From contig CAKSQP010000001.1 in assembly GCA_934486965.1 (NCBI GenBank), forward strand, positions 1 through 57,891: 57,891 nt of DNA, in the 5' to 3' direction. Positions within the stretch are counted from its first letter, which is position 1, and every line of letters starts with the position of its first letter. This DNA comes from an uncultured Eubacteriales bacterium. GTDB lineage: Bacteria > Bacillota > Clostridia > Oscillospirales > UBA644. The translations under genes and the position numbers were made by a program. Below are positions 1 to 8,748 of this stretch, one piece after another. Below the pieces are notes generated by a model. That model saw only the letters and a list, made by a program, of their open reading frames with translations, had not been told where the DNA came from and did not search any database.

Positions 1-485
1 CAGGCTTTGCCGAATGCCCGCCAGTCAAAGCGCGGGCGGGTCAGACGCAGCGGCGTATCGTTTTCCCGCAGAAAGTCGCTTATAACGGAGGTCGCCACCG
101 CCAGAGCCTTATCCTTGGGATATCCGTAAATTCCCGACGAAATAAGCGGAAAGGCAACGGTTTCGCAGTTGTATTCCTTTGCAATCTGCAAAGATTTTTT
201 ATAGCAGGATTCAAGCAGCGCTTTTTCGTTTTTTCCGCCGCCGTACCAGACGGGACCTACGGTATGAATGACATATTTGCACGGCAGGTTATATGCGCCT
301 GTGATTTTCGCGTCCCCCGTCTCACACCCGCCGAGGGTCTTACATTCTTCAAGAAGCCCTTCCCCCGCAGCGCGGTGAATACAGCCGTCGACGCCTCCGC
401 CGCCGAGCAAAGACGGATTTGCGGCATTGACAATGGCGTCTGCCGTCATTTTCGTTATGTCGTTCCTTACAATTTTTAATGGCAT
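1..485 (-). CDS. Macro-domain protein (YmdB-like ADP-ribose / O-acetyl-ADP-ribose hydrolase); C-terminal end cut by the window edge
   Basis: My own translation of the minus strand from ATG 485..483 gives [41 protein letters not shown]...VIHTVGPVW...[14 protein letters not shown]. It contains the NAAN, GGGVDG and SGIYGYP macro-domain motifs. It is absent from the ORF track because the frame runs off position 1. Confidence 0.85.
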   Translation of the reverse strand, partial: MPLKIVRNDITKMTADAIVNAANPSLLGGGGVDGCIHRAAGEGLLEECKTLGGCETGDAKITGAYNLPCKYVIHTVGPVWYGGGKNEKALLESCYKKSLQIAKEYNCETVAFPLISSGIYGYPKDKALAVATSVISDFLRENDTPLRLTRPRFDWRAFGKA

Positions 486-520
486 TTGTTTCTCTCTTTT
501 CGTCATAATTTTCCGCTGTC

Positions 521-549
521 ATTATACTTTACTGTATAGGGAAAGTCAA
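521..549 (-). promoter_or_regulatory. Sigma-A-type promoter for the macro-domain gene
   Basis: The minus strand reads TTGACT (549..544), 17 nt, TATAAT (526..521), about 35 nt upstream of the ATG at 485. Confidence 0.6.
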
Positions 550-576
550 CTAAATAAATCTTCAAACGAGTCAGAT

Positions 577-1479
577 TTAATCCGTAATATTATACGATAT
601 CCTGAAATAATCCAGATACTTACGAAATTTATCCTGTGCTGCAAGGCAAGTGTCCGTAAGATAGCCTTTTTCGGTTCCCCATTCGTTCAGACCTCGGTAA
701 TAATACATTTTAATATCGTCTTCGATAATAAACGGAACTATATTATTTTTCAGGCACTCTTTGAACATAATGAGTCTACCGATACGCCCGTTACCGTCCT
801 GAAACGGGTGAATCTTTTCAAACCGCACATGAAATCCGATAATATCATCAAGAGTTATATTTTCCCTGCCGTTATAATCGGAAAGAAGTTTTTTAATTTC
901 CGCCGATACGTTTTCGGGCAGAGTCGTTTCTTTTCCGCCGACTTCGTTCGGCATTTTTTTATAGTTTCCTACGGCAAACCAATACATTTTTGCGTCGCTT
1001 GTTCCCGCTTTCAGGACAGAATGGAGCCTTTTTATATAATTTTCGCTCAACTTTGCCGCTGCGGTTTCGATAATCTCGTCAATGCAGGAAAAATGATTTG
1101 TGGTTTCTATAATATCATCTACCCGAGCCCCTTCTGCCGAGACCCCGACGGTATTTGTCTCAAAAATATAACGGGTTTGGTCGTGGGTAAGGCGGCTGCC
1201 CTCGATATGGTTTGAATTATAGGTCAGTTCGATCTGTATTTTATGATAAATCCCGCCCGAAACTCTGCTGCGTTTCTCTTCTTTCAGAACATCAAGCAGC
1301 GTCCGCGATGCGGTTTTGCTTTTATTACTCCTTTCGGGTTTCTCCGCATTTTCGGGAATATTCCATGTTTTTCCGGTCAGAAAAGCCCCGTCGACACGCC
1401 CTTCGGCACAGTAATTTCTCACGCTTCGTTCGGATATTTTCCAAAGCGTCGCTGTTTCTTTTACAGATAAATATTTCAT
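577..1479 (-). CDS. Fic family protein (AMPylase type) with an N-terminal HTH domain
   Basis: The 300-aa ORF carries the canonical Fic motif HPFQDGNGRIGR. An upstream inhibitory-helix-like motif SNHIEG fits (S/T)xxxE(G/N). The N-terminus MKYLSVKETATLWKISERSVRNYCAEGRV resembles an excisionase/MerR-type HTH. Confidence 0.9.
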   Translation of the reverse strand: MKYLSVKETATLWKISERSVRNYCAEGRVDGAFLTGKTWNIPENAEKPERSNKSKTASRTLLDVLKEEKRSRVSGGIYHKIQIELTYNSNHIEGSRLTHDQTRYIFETNTVGVSAEGARVDDIIETTNHFSCIDEIIETAAAKLSENYIKRLHSVLKAGTSDAKMYWFAVGNYKKMPNEVGGKETTLPENVSAEIKKLLSDYNGRENITLDDIIGFHVRFEKIHPFQDGNGRIGRLIMFKECLKNNIVPFIIEDDIKMYYYRGLNEWGTEKGYLTDTCLAAQDKFRKYLDYFRISYNITD

Positions 1480-1501
1480 TTCGCCGCCTCCTGTCTTTAT
1501 A

Positions 1502-1530
1502 AGTATATCATATTATCGGCAAAAAGTCAA
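1502..1530 (-). promoter_or_regulatory. Sigma-A-type promoter for the Fic gene
   Basis: The minus strand reads TTGACT (1530..1525), 17 nt, TATACT (1507..1502), followed by a GGAGG RBS before the ATG at 1479. Confidence 0.55.
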
Positions 1531-1587
1531 TTTTGAAATGTAAGATTTTCTCAGGTTTTTGCCGATAACGGCAAAAAAACCGTCCCT

Positions 1588-1624
1588 GAAAGGCGAAACC
1601 CTCTCCTCGCGTCGGAGGAGAGGG
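1588..1624 (-). terminator. Intrinsic terminator downstream of the DUF421 gene
   Basis: A 10-bp GC-rich stem pairs CCCTCTCCTC (1599-1608) with GAGGAGAGGG (1615-1624). On the minus strand it is followed by TTTCGCCTTTC. Confidence 0.6.
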
Positions 1625-1758
1625 AGAAATTGCAAATTGTTTCAAAACGGGGTTTCCGTTTACTCAAAACAGGTCGTTCCGCTTATTAAAGCACACGGAT
1701 CTTTGTCAAAGCGGTCGACCATCGTCAAAACAAGCCGTTCAACTTGTTTCGGCGCAGG

Positions 1759-2475
1759 CTATTCCAGAATTCTCACGGTGCGTTTTTCCTTTGAAAGCGG
1801 GTACAAAGCGAGGTTGCCGTCCCTGTCGCAGGTACCGAGAAATATTTCGTCGGCTTTTTTATAGCCTTGGGCGGAAATATTTTTCGCAAGCCATTTTTCG
1901 TCTTTTCCGACGGCTTTCAGGGCGTCTTTCATTATTTCGCCGTCGAAGATAACGTTCGCGACAAGTTCCTGCTGCGACGGTTCAAGCCCCAGATCCTCCG
2001 CCGACGGCGGCGCGTATTTCGCGGTCGGCAGGAAACTGACGGTGCCGTTATATTCGATGACCGCGGTCTTTATATCTTTCAAATCGAAATACCCCTGACT
2101 TCTGGCAAGAGTCAGAAAATCGCAGATATCGACCTTTGCCCGTTTCATATTTTCGCGGTAGAAAACGCCGTTGTCGAAAAGAATTACGGGGTATCCTACG
2201 AGAATTTTCCGTGCGGTCGGTTTCTTTGCCGAAAGGACCGTTATAAGCAGGGCGAGCGCGCCGTAAATTATCATCGCTTCGAGGCTGTATAAGAAATCCT
2301 CGTCGAGGTTTATGGCGGTCTCCGCCGCGATCGAACCTATCGTTATCCCGACGATATAATCGAAAAGATTAAGTTGAGATATCTGCTTGTTTCCCATTAT
2401 TTTCGTCAATATGAAAAGCACCGCCGCCGAAACAATGGACGTAAGAAATATAGTAAAAAATTCCGTAAATACCAC
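1759..2475 (-). CDS. DUF421 (YetF-like) membrane protein
   Basis: The 238-aa ORF has N-terminal transmembrane helices and the sequence TKIMGNKQISQLNLFDYIVGITIGSIAAE, typical of the YetF/DUF421 family. Confidence 0.75.
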   Translation of the reverse strand: MVFTEFFTIFLTSIVSAAVLFILTKIMGNKQISQLNLFDYIVGITIGSIAAETAINLDEDFLYSLEAMIIYGALALLITVLSAKKPTARKILVGYPVILFDNGVFYRENMKRAKVDICDFLTLARSQGYFDLKDIKTAVIEYNGTVSFLPTAKYAPPSAEDLGLEPSQQELVANVIFDGEIMKDALKAVGKDEKWLAKNISAQGYKKADEIFLGTCDRDGNLALYPLSKEKRTVRILE

Positions 2476-2510
2476 CTCTTTTGCAGTATTTACGGAAAAT
2501 TTCTTTTTAT

Positions 2511-4505
2511 TCAGTAAAGCCCCCGCGTTATTTCGCCGACGGGCGGTTTTTTGTTTATATAGGCGTTTATTACTTCTTCCGCAGTCTTTTTGTCCTCGTC
2601 GGTAAACAGAAGTTCCGAAAAGCCCGCAAAGGAGGTGTCCTTATCCGCAGTCCACAGGATATCGGCGTTCCACAGGGAATTCCGACAGGAAAGATCGCAG
2701 GTAAGAAGCATTTTTTTGCCGCGGCGGTCGACGAGCATTTCGGGCTTTTTGCACTGTTTTTTGACGCAGTTCCGCATTATCATGAAAGGCAGTCTGCCGT
2801 AGGCGATAATTCCGGTGTTTTCCCCCGAAAAGTCCTTTATCGCGGCGAACGGAAGTTCGAAAGACGCGACGGTCGACGAAAGCCCCCAAGAAAGAAGCAA
2901 GCGGTTCGTCACCGAATTGAAGACATTGAGTCCGAAATCGCCGTGGATATGAATTTCCTTTTCAGCCGAAAGCGAAAGGTCCTTAAGAAGACGAATCTGC
3001 CCGACGTTGCCGACGAGGAAATCCGAAATTCCGCAGTCGAGGGCTTCCCTTATAATAGGAAGCACCTTGCTTTTTTCGCTGTCGTGGAAAATTCTCGGCA
3101 GGAAAAAGCCGACTTTGTTTCCGTATTTCCGAACGGCGTTTTCGGTCGCCTTTTCGGAAAATTTCATGAGCGGCAACCATATTTTTTCGAGAAGGTCTGC
3201 GTTTTCGGGCAAATTTTCGGGATAAAGAAAATAGCCGCGGAGCCTTGTTTTTTCGGAGTGATACGCGCTTTTTTCGGACAGTAACGGAACGTCTTTTAAG
3301 TATCCGTTGCGAAACGCGCGCTGTTTTCCGAGACTTTCGCAAAGCCGCCGCCTTGCCCCGTTCATTTCGGACACGGGGATAAAAATTCCGTCGGGAATTT
3401 CCCCCGAAAAACTCTTCATATAATAAAAGGTGTTTCCGAATTTCGAAAGCGATCTTTCAAGTTGTTCTTTTGTCGTCGGGGCGTTTTCGGCGGGACTTGC
3501 GGCAATTTCGGTTTCGGCGGCAAACCCGTCGGACGACAGAAACGTAACGCGGACATTCCCGCCGCTTTCCGCGACCGAGATATCGACCCCGAACCGTTTT
3601 GTTTCCTTTTCTTCAAAGGTTATCTTTTCGGAACGCTCCGATTTTGTTCCGAACATCTCTTTGCCGATGCGGTTTTCGTAATACCCCTGCGTAAAGCCGT
3701 TCCGACTGAAAACAGACGCGAGTTTCTCTTCGTTTTCTTTCAAAAAAGGAATTCCCGACTTCGCGGAGGCATATTCTTCGGTGACGGCATAAACATATTC
3801 GGGGCTTTTCATTCTGCCCTCTATTTTAAGGGAGGTAACGCCGATATTTTCAAGTTCTTTTACATATTTAAGAAGAGAAAGGTCCTTGAGGCTCAGGGTA
3901 AAACCGTCCCTGTAAGGCAGTCTGCACGGCTGGGCGCAAAGACCTCGGTTGCCGCTTCTTCTGCCGATAACACTGCTCATATAGCACTGTCCGCTGTAAC
4001 ACATACATAAAGCCCCGTGAACGAAGACCTCCGTTTCGGCGCCGTCGGGAAGATTGCGGACGATATAGGAAATATCGTCTTTTGAAAGTTCCCTCGAAAG
4101 GACTATCCGCTTAAACCCGCGTTCGAAAAGCGCGGTCGCTCCGTCAAGACTGTGGACGGTAAGTTGAGTGCTTGCGTGAACGGGAATATTTGTGTTTTTT
4201 ATAAGGTAATCGGCAAGGGCGAGGTCCTGAACGATAAATGCGTCGACGCCCGCCCGAACAAACATTCCGACGACCTTTTCAACGTCCGCAAATTCTTTGT
4301 CTTTAATAAGGATATTGAGGACCGCATGGCACGCGACTCCCCGTTCCCTGCAAAACAAAACAGCCTCGCTTATCTCGCTTTCGGAGAAATTCGAGGCGTT
4401 TTCGCGCGCATTGAAAGTTTCGGCGCCGAAATATACAGCGTCGGCGCCCGCAAAGACCGCCGCCCGCAACGCGGCAGGCGAACCTGCAGGAGAGAGAATT
4501 TCCAT
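2511..4505 (-). CDS. Peptidase U32 family protein (collagenase-like, long form)
   Basis: The 664-aa ORF starts MEILSPAGSPAALRAAVFAGADAVYFG and contains SLKIEGRMKSPEYV. Both are hallmark U32 segments. Confidence 0.85.
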   Translation of the reverse strand: MEILSPAGSPAALRAAVFAGADAVYFGAETFNARENASNFSESEISEAVLFCRERGVACHAVLNILIKDKEFADVEKVVGMFVRAGVDAFIVQDLALADYLIKNTNIPVHASTQLTVHSLDGATALFERGFKRIVLSRELSKDDISYIVRNLPDGAETEVFVHGALCMCYSGQCYMSSVIGRRSGNRGLCAQPCRLPYRDGFTLSLKDLSLLKYVKELENIGVTSLKIEGRMKSPEYVYAVTEEYASAKSGIPFLKENEEKLASVFSRNGFTQGYYENRIGKEMFGTKSERSEKITFEEKETKRFGVDISVAESGGNVRVTFLSSDGFAAETEIAASPAENAPTTKEQLERSLSKFGNTFYYMKSFSGEIPDGIFIPVSEMNGARRRLCESLGKQRAFRNGYLKDVPLLSEKSAYHSEKTRLRGYFLYPENLPENADLLEKIWLPLMKFSEKATENAVRKYGNKVGFFLPRIFHDSEKSKVLPIIREALDCGISDFLVGNVGQIRLLKDLSLSAEKEIHIHGDFGLNVFNSVTNRLLLSWGLSSTVASFELPFAAIKDFSGENTGIIAYGRLPFMIMRNCVKKQCKKPEMLVDRRGKKMLLTCDLSCRNSLWNADILWTADKDTSFAGFSELLFTDEDKKTAEEVINAYINKKPPVGEITRGLY

Positions 4506-4519
4506 TTTTGAACCTTTCG

Positions 4520-5203
4520 TCAGTTTCCGAAATCAAGACCGAACGGATTTTCGATCTGACTGTCTTCGTCCCCGCCCTGATATTCGGGTTCGTCGAGGTA
4601 TCCCGGAATTATTATGTCCGAATCGTCTTCGTTTTCTTCGTTTTTTTCGTCGAAGTCTTCGTCGAAATCGAAATCGTCGTCTTCGATATCCGCAGAAAGT
4701 TCCGCTATCTTCGTTTCCGCTTTTTTAAGGGCGTCTTCGAGTTCGCCGTTTATTTTCAGAGCGGTCTCAAGTTCTTTTTCCTTTGCGGCAAGGTCGCGGC
4801 GATATTCTTCAAGGGACGCCAGATCTTCTTTCAAGAGCGCTATCTCGTCGTCTTTTGCTTTCGCCGTTTTTTCAGCCGCGGCAAGTTTTTCTTCAAGGGA
4901 GGTTATCTCTTCGATATAGTCCCCGTCGCCCGCGCCTTTCGAAAGTTTATCGAGTTCTTCGGTCGCTTTTTCGAGACGTTTTTTGAGTTTGGTCGCAATG
5001 CGGTGATATTTTATCTCCGATTCGCAGAAATCCATCGCCGCGATAAGCGCGACTTTCGTCGGGGGAGCGTACTGGTCTTCTCCCATGATCTCCCTTGTTT
5101 TCGCGTCTACCGCCGCCGCTATTCTTTTCGCGTGTTCTTCGCCCTCTTCGGTGTAGACCTTAAACTCCGTTCCCAAAATGCGGATCTTTACGATATTGTC
5201 CAT
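4520..5203 (-). CDS. zapA: Cell division protein ZapA with a long coiled-coil and acidic C-terminal extension
   Basis: I place the start at the internal Met (MDNIVKIRILGTEFKVYTEE...), which is preceded by a GGAGGG RBS. The N-terminal ~90 aa are ZapA-like; the rest is heptad-like and rich in E/K/L, ending in a poly-D/E tail. The ORF-track start at 5326 has no RBS. Confidence 0.75.
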   Translation of the reverse strand: MDNIVKIRILGTEFKVYTEEGEEHAKRIAAAVDAKTREIMGEDQYAPPTKVALIAAMDFCESEIKYHRIATKLKKRLEKATEELDKLSKGAGDGDYIEEITSLEEKLAAAEKTAKAKDDEIALLKEDLASLEEYRRDLAAKEKELETALKINGELEDALKKAETKIAELSADIEDDDFDFDEDFDEKNEENEDDSDIIIPGYLDEPEYQGGDEDSQIENPFGLDFGN

Positions 5204-5427
5204 AAAACGCCCTCCGAGCCAAGCCTTTCTATTGACTTTTTTACAAATATATGCTTTAATAATAATGTATGTAATGAATTGTCCGCGGATATTTCGACAA
5301 AATTCTCCGCTATATTTATTATACAATATAAATTCATTTTATTTCAACCGTCATTTTACCCAAAAGAGGGCGTTTTGCGACTTTGAAATTTATGCAAAAC
5401 CCACAATGACAAAGAAAGGAAGCCTTT

Positions 5428-6273
5428 ATGTCGTTTATCGAAGCAATAGTAATGGGAATCATTCAGGGAATCGCGGAATTTCTGCCGATATCCTCGTCGG
5501 GACATCTCGTCATCACCGAAAAACTCTTCAACTGGGGAGAAACACAGAGCGCCGACGTATTTTTCGATATGCTCCTGCACCTCGGAACTCTTATAGCGGT
5601 ATTTATAGTATTCCGCAAAACGATATGGGAACTCATAGTCTGTCTTTTCAAGACGATAGGTCAGATTTTCACGGGGAAATTTCATTTCAAAGATACGACC
5701 CCTATGCAGAAAATGATAGGCTTTCTTATCATTTCGATCCTGCCGCTTTTCGTAATATTCCCCTTTAAGGACGCGATAACCGACTTTTTCTATAATTCGC
5801 TCCTTGCCGTCGGCATTGCCCTTATAATAAACAGCGTCGTACTCTTTTTCTGCGACCGTTTCAAAGAAGGCAAAAAGACCGCGGGAAATATGAGAAAAAG
5901 AGACGCGCTCGTTATCGGTATCGCTCAGGCGATTGCCGTTATTCCGGGAATTTCGCGTTCCGGCTCGACGATAACCGCGGGGGTCGGAATGGGCGTACGC
6001 CGCAGCGAAGCCGCGGGATATTCCTTTATTCTTTCGATACCCACCATTCTCGCGGCGGTCCTTCTCGACATTCTCGACACCGTAAAGGCGGGAGAATTAA
6101 ACACCGCGCTTTTGCCGCAGTATCTCGTCGGATTTGTCGTCGCAGCAGTCGTAGGATTTTTGTCGATAAAACTTCTTCAGTATATTCTTAAATCGAAGAA
6201 ATTCGTTATATTCTCGGTATACTGCCTTATCGTCGGCGCAATAGTAACGGCTCTCGCAGTCGTAGGAATGTAA
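5428..6273 (+). CDS. uppP: Undecaprenyl-diphosphate phosphatase
   Basis: The 281-aa polytopic membrane ORF carries the N-terminal motif GIAEFLPISSSGHL and the later segment PGISRSGSTI. Confidence 0.92.
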   Translation: MSFIEAIVMGIIQGIAEFLPISSSGHLVITEKLFNWGETQSADVFFDMLLHLGTLIAVFIVFRKTIWELIVCLFKTIGQIFTGKFHFKDTTPMQKMIGFLIISILPLFVIFPFKDAITDFFYNSLLAVGIALIINSVVLFFCDRFKEGKKTAGNMRKRDALVIGIAQAIAVIPGISRSGSTITAGVGMGVRRSEAAGYSFILSIPTILAAVLLDILDTVKAGELNTALLPQYLVGFVVAAVVGFLSIKLLQYILKSKKFVIFSVYCLIVGAIVTALAVVGM

Positions 6274-6290
6274 CCCGAAAGGAAAGCAAA

Positions 6291-8747
6291 ATGGCACAGA
6301 CAAAAAAGAAAAAGGCGTCGCCGTCAACGGCAAAAAAGACCGACGTTAAAAACAAAAAACAAAGCAGGGTCAAGGACGACGTTTACGGCGTTCTTCTTCT
6401 GCTTGCGGCGGTCCTCGTAATTTTCAGCCTCACCACCGACCTTATCGGCGTTGTCGGAGGATTTTTGAGAAAAGTGTTCTTCGGGCTTCTCGGTCCGGGG
6501 GCTTTTCTGCTGCCCGTATTTTTTGTCTATATCGGCATAATGCTTATCGCGACCAACAAAAAACTCACCTCGCGCGGAGTTTTCGGTTCGGTCTTCATTC
6601 TTGTTTTTTCCTCGTTTTTCAATATTTTCCTCTTCACCGCGCCCCAGATGAACGAAACGCCTTTCCCCGAATATTTAAGCAGTCTTACCTCCTCCCTTTT
6701 TGAAACGGGAAGCGCTTCCCTTTCGTCGGGCGGAGTTCTCGGCGGATATATTTCAGTTCCGCTTTCGGCAGCGTTCGGAAAGGTCGGAGCGGGGATAATC
6801 CTTTTTGCGATAATGCTTGTTACGTTTATCGTCGCGACGGGTATCGACATCAAGGCGATGTTTGCCGCAATGAAGTCGGACGGACACCGCGATGAAGAAG
6901 AGCCGACGACCGAAGAGCGAATTGAAAAGCACCGCCTGAAAAAAGAAGAAAAAGAAAAGGCGAAAGAGGCGAAAGCCGCCGCTAAAAAAGAAAAGGCGGA
7001 AATTCCCGAACTCGACGAAAAAGCAGCCAAAGAAAGAAGAGACCGTTTCACCTTTGTCGGAGCGGCAAAAGAGGCGGAATCGGGCAAAAAACTCGAAGAA
7101 TATTTCGACGATATCGCCGCCCAGTATTCAAACGGAAACAAAACCGCCGAAATCCCCGTCGAAGAACCCGTTATCGAAGAGAAAAAGCCCGAAAGAGAAA
7201 AATTCGACCCCGAGATCGCAAAAGAGGTCGCCGAAGATATCGACAGAAACCTTGAAACGCCGACGGAGGGCGAATATATTTTCCCGCCCGTCGACCTTCT
7301 CAATTATATTCCGCAGAACGAGACCCTTTCGGGCCTTGAAGAATTAAAACAGAACGCCGAAAAACTTATCGACACCCTCCGCAGTTTCAACATTGAGGCA
7401 AGGGTAATAAACGTTTCGAGAGGACCGTCTGTCACGCGTTACGAACTTCAGCCGTCGACAGGCGTCAGAGTAAGCAAGATAACCAATCTTGCCGACGATA
7501 TCGCCCTGCAACTTGCGGCAACCGCCGTAAGAATAGAGGCGCCTATCCCCGGAAAAAGCGCGATAGGAATTGAAGTCCCGAATAAAGACACCGCGACGGT
7601 CCAACTCCGCGAACTTATCGACAGCGACGAATTCAGAGAGAGCAAGAGCAAACTTTCCGTCGCCCTCGGCAAAAACATTTCGGGCGAAAATATCGTTATC
7701 GACCTCGCGAAAATGCCCCACCTTATGATCGCGGGCGCTACGGGTTCGGGTAAATCGGTCTGCGTGAACTCAATGCTGATGTCCATTCTTTTCCACGCGC
7801 GTCCCGACGAAGTAAAACTCATTCTCGTCGACCCGAAAGTCGTCGAACTCAACGTATATAACGGTCTTCCGCACCTGCTTATTCCGGTCGTTACCGAGGC
7901 AAAGAAAGCCGCGGGCGCGCTCGGCTGGGCGGTAGGCGAAATGCTCAAACGCTACAATCTTTTCACTGAAAAAGGCGTAAGAGATTTCAGGGGCTATAAC
8001 GAAAGCCTTACGGAAGAAGAACAGGATAAAAAACTGCCGCAGATAGTAATAGTCATCGACGAAATGGCGGACCTTATGATGACAGCCCCGCACGAAGTCG
8101 AAGACGCGGTCTGCCGCCTTGCGCAGATGGCACGAGCCGCAGGAATGCACCTCGTTATCGCGACGCAGAGACCGTCGGCGGACGTTATCACGGGAACGAT
8201 AAAGGCAAACGTCCCGTCAAGAATAGCGTTTTCCGTTTCTTCGTCGATAAACAGCCGTATCATTCTCGACGAGAGCGGCGCGGAAAAACTTGTCGGAAAG
8301 GGCGATATGCTCTATATGCCGATAGGCAGTCAGAAGGCGCTCCGCGTTCAGGGCTGTTTCGTTTCGGATAAGGAAGTCGAAAAAGTAATCGCGTTTATAA
8401 AGGAACATTCCGAGGGCGCGACCTACGACGAATCGGTCGTAAAACAGATAGACGAAAACGCCGCAAATATGGACAACAAGGTAAAACGCAGCGCAATGCA
8501 GGACGAGGCGCTCGAAGAATCGGGCGACGAAGCGGTTATCCGCCGCGCAATAGAAGTCGTCGTCAACGAAGGCAGAGCCTCGACCTCGGTTTTGCAGAGA
8601 CGTTTAAGTCTCGGATATGCCCGCGCGGCAAGAATTATGGACGAACTTTACGAAAGAGGAATTATCGGCCCCTATCAGGGAAGCAAGCCGAGAGAAGTCC
8701 TTATGACAAAAGACCAGTATCTCGAAATGATAAACCGCGGAGAATAA
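6291..8747 (+). CDS. ftsK: DNA translocase FtsK/SpoIIIE
   Basis: The 818-aa ORF has N-terminal transmembrane helices, a charged E/K linker, a Walker A motif GATGSGKS, and a C-terminal gamma winged-helix (TSVLQRRLSLGYARAARIMDELYERGIIG). Confidence 0.93.
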   Translation: MAQTKKKKASPSTAKKTDVKNKKQSRVKDDVYGVLLLLAAVLVIFSLTTDLIGVVGGFLRKVFFGLLGPGAFLLPVFFVYIGIMLIATNKKLTSRGVFGSVFILVFSSFFNIFLFTAPQMNETPFPEYLSSLTSSLFETGSASLSSGGVLGGYISVPLSAAFGKVGAGIILFAIMLVTFIVATGIDIKAMFAAMKSDGHRDEEEPTTEERIEKHRLKKEEKEKAKEAKAAAKKEKAEIPELDEKAAKERRDRFTFVGAAKEAESGKKLEEYFDDIAAQYSNGNKTAEIPVEEPVIEEKKPEREKFDPEIAKEVAEDIDRNLETPTEGEYIFPPVDLLNYIPQNETLSGLEELKQNAEKLIDTLRSFNIEARVINVSRGPSVTRYELQPSTGVRVSKITNLADDIALQLAATAVRIEAPIPGKSAIGIEVPNKDTATVQLRELIDSDEFRESKSKLSVALGKNISGENIVIDLAKMPHLMIAGATGSGKSVCVNSMLMSILFHARPDEVKLILVDPKVVELNVYNGLPHLLIPVVTEAKKAAGALGWAVGEMLKRYNLFTEKGVRDFRGYNESLTEEEQDKKLPQIVIVIDEMADLMMTAPHEVEDAVCRLAQMARAAGMHLVIATQRPSADVITGTIKANVPSRIAFSVSSSINSRIILDESGAEKLVGKGDMLYMPIGSQKALRVQGCFVSDKEVEKVIAFIKEHSEGATYDESVVKQIDENAANMDNKVKRSAMQDEALEESGDEAVIRRAIEVVVNEGRASTSVLQRRLSLGYARAARIMDELYERGIIGPYQGSKPREVLMTKDQYLEMINRGE

Positions 8748-8748
8748 T

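Noticed and set aside
1514-1530. Exact 17-mer TATCGGCAAAAAGTCAA shared between the Fic promoter region (1514-1530) and the right edge of the C-rich tract (14840-14856)
   Set aside because: A single 17-nt match within 58 kb on both strands is expected by chance roughly once in five such windows (about 3e9 position pairs x 4^-17), and more often with the A-run. The flanks diverge immediately, and the second copy lacks a usable -10 element. It is probably coincidental.
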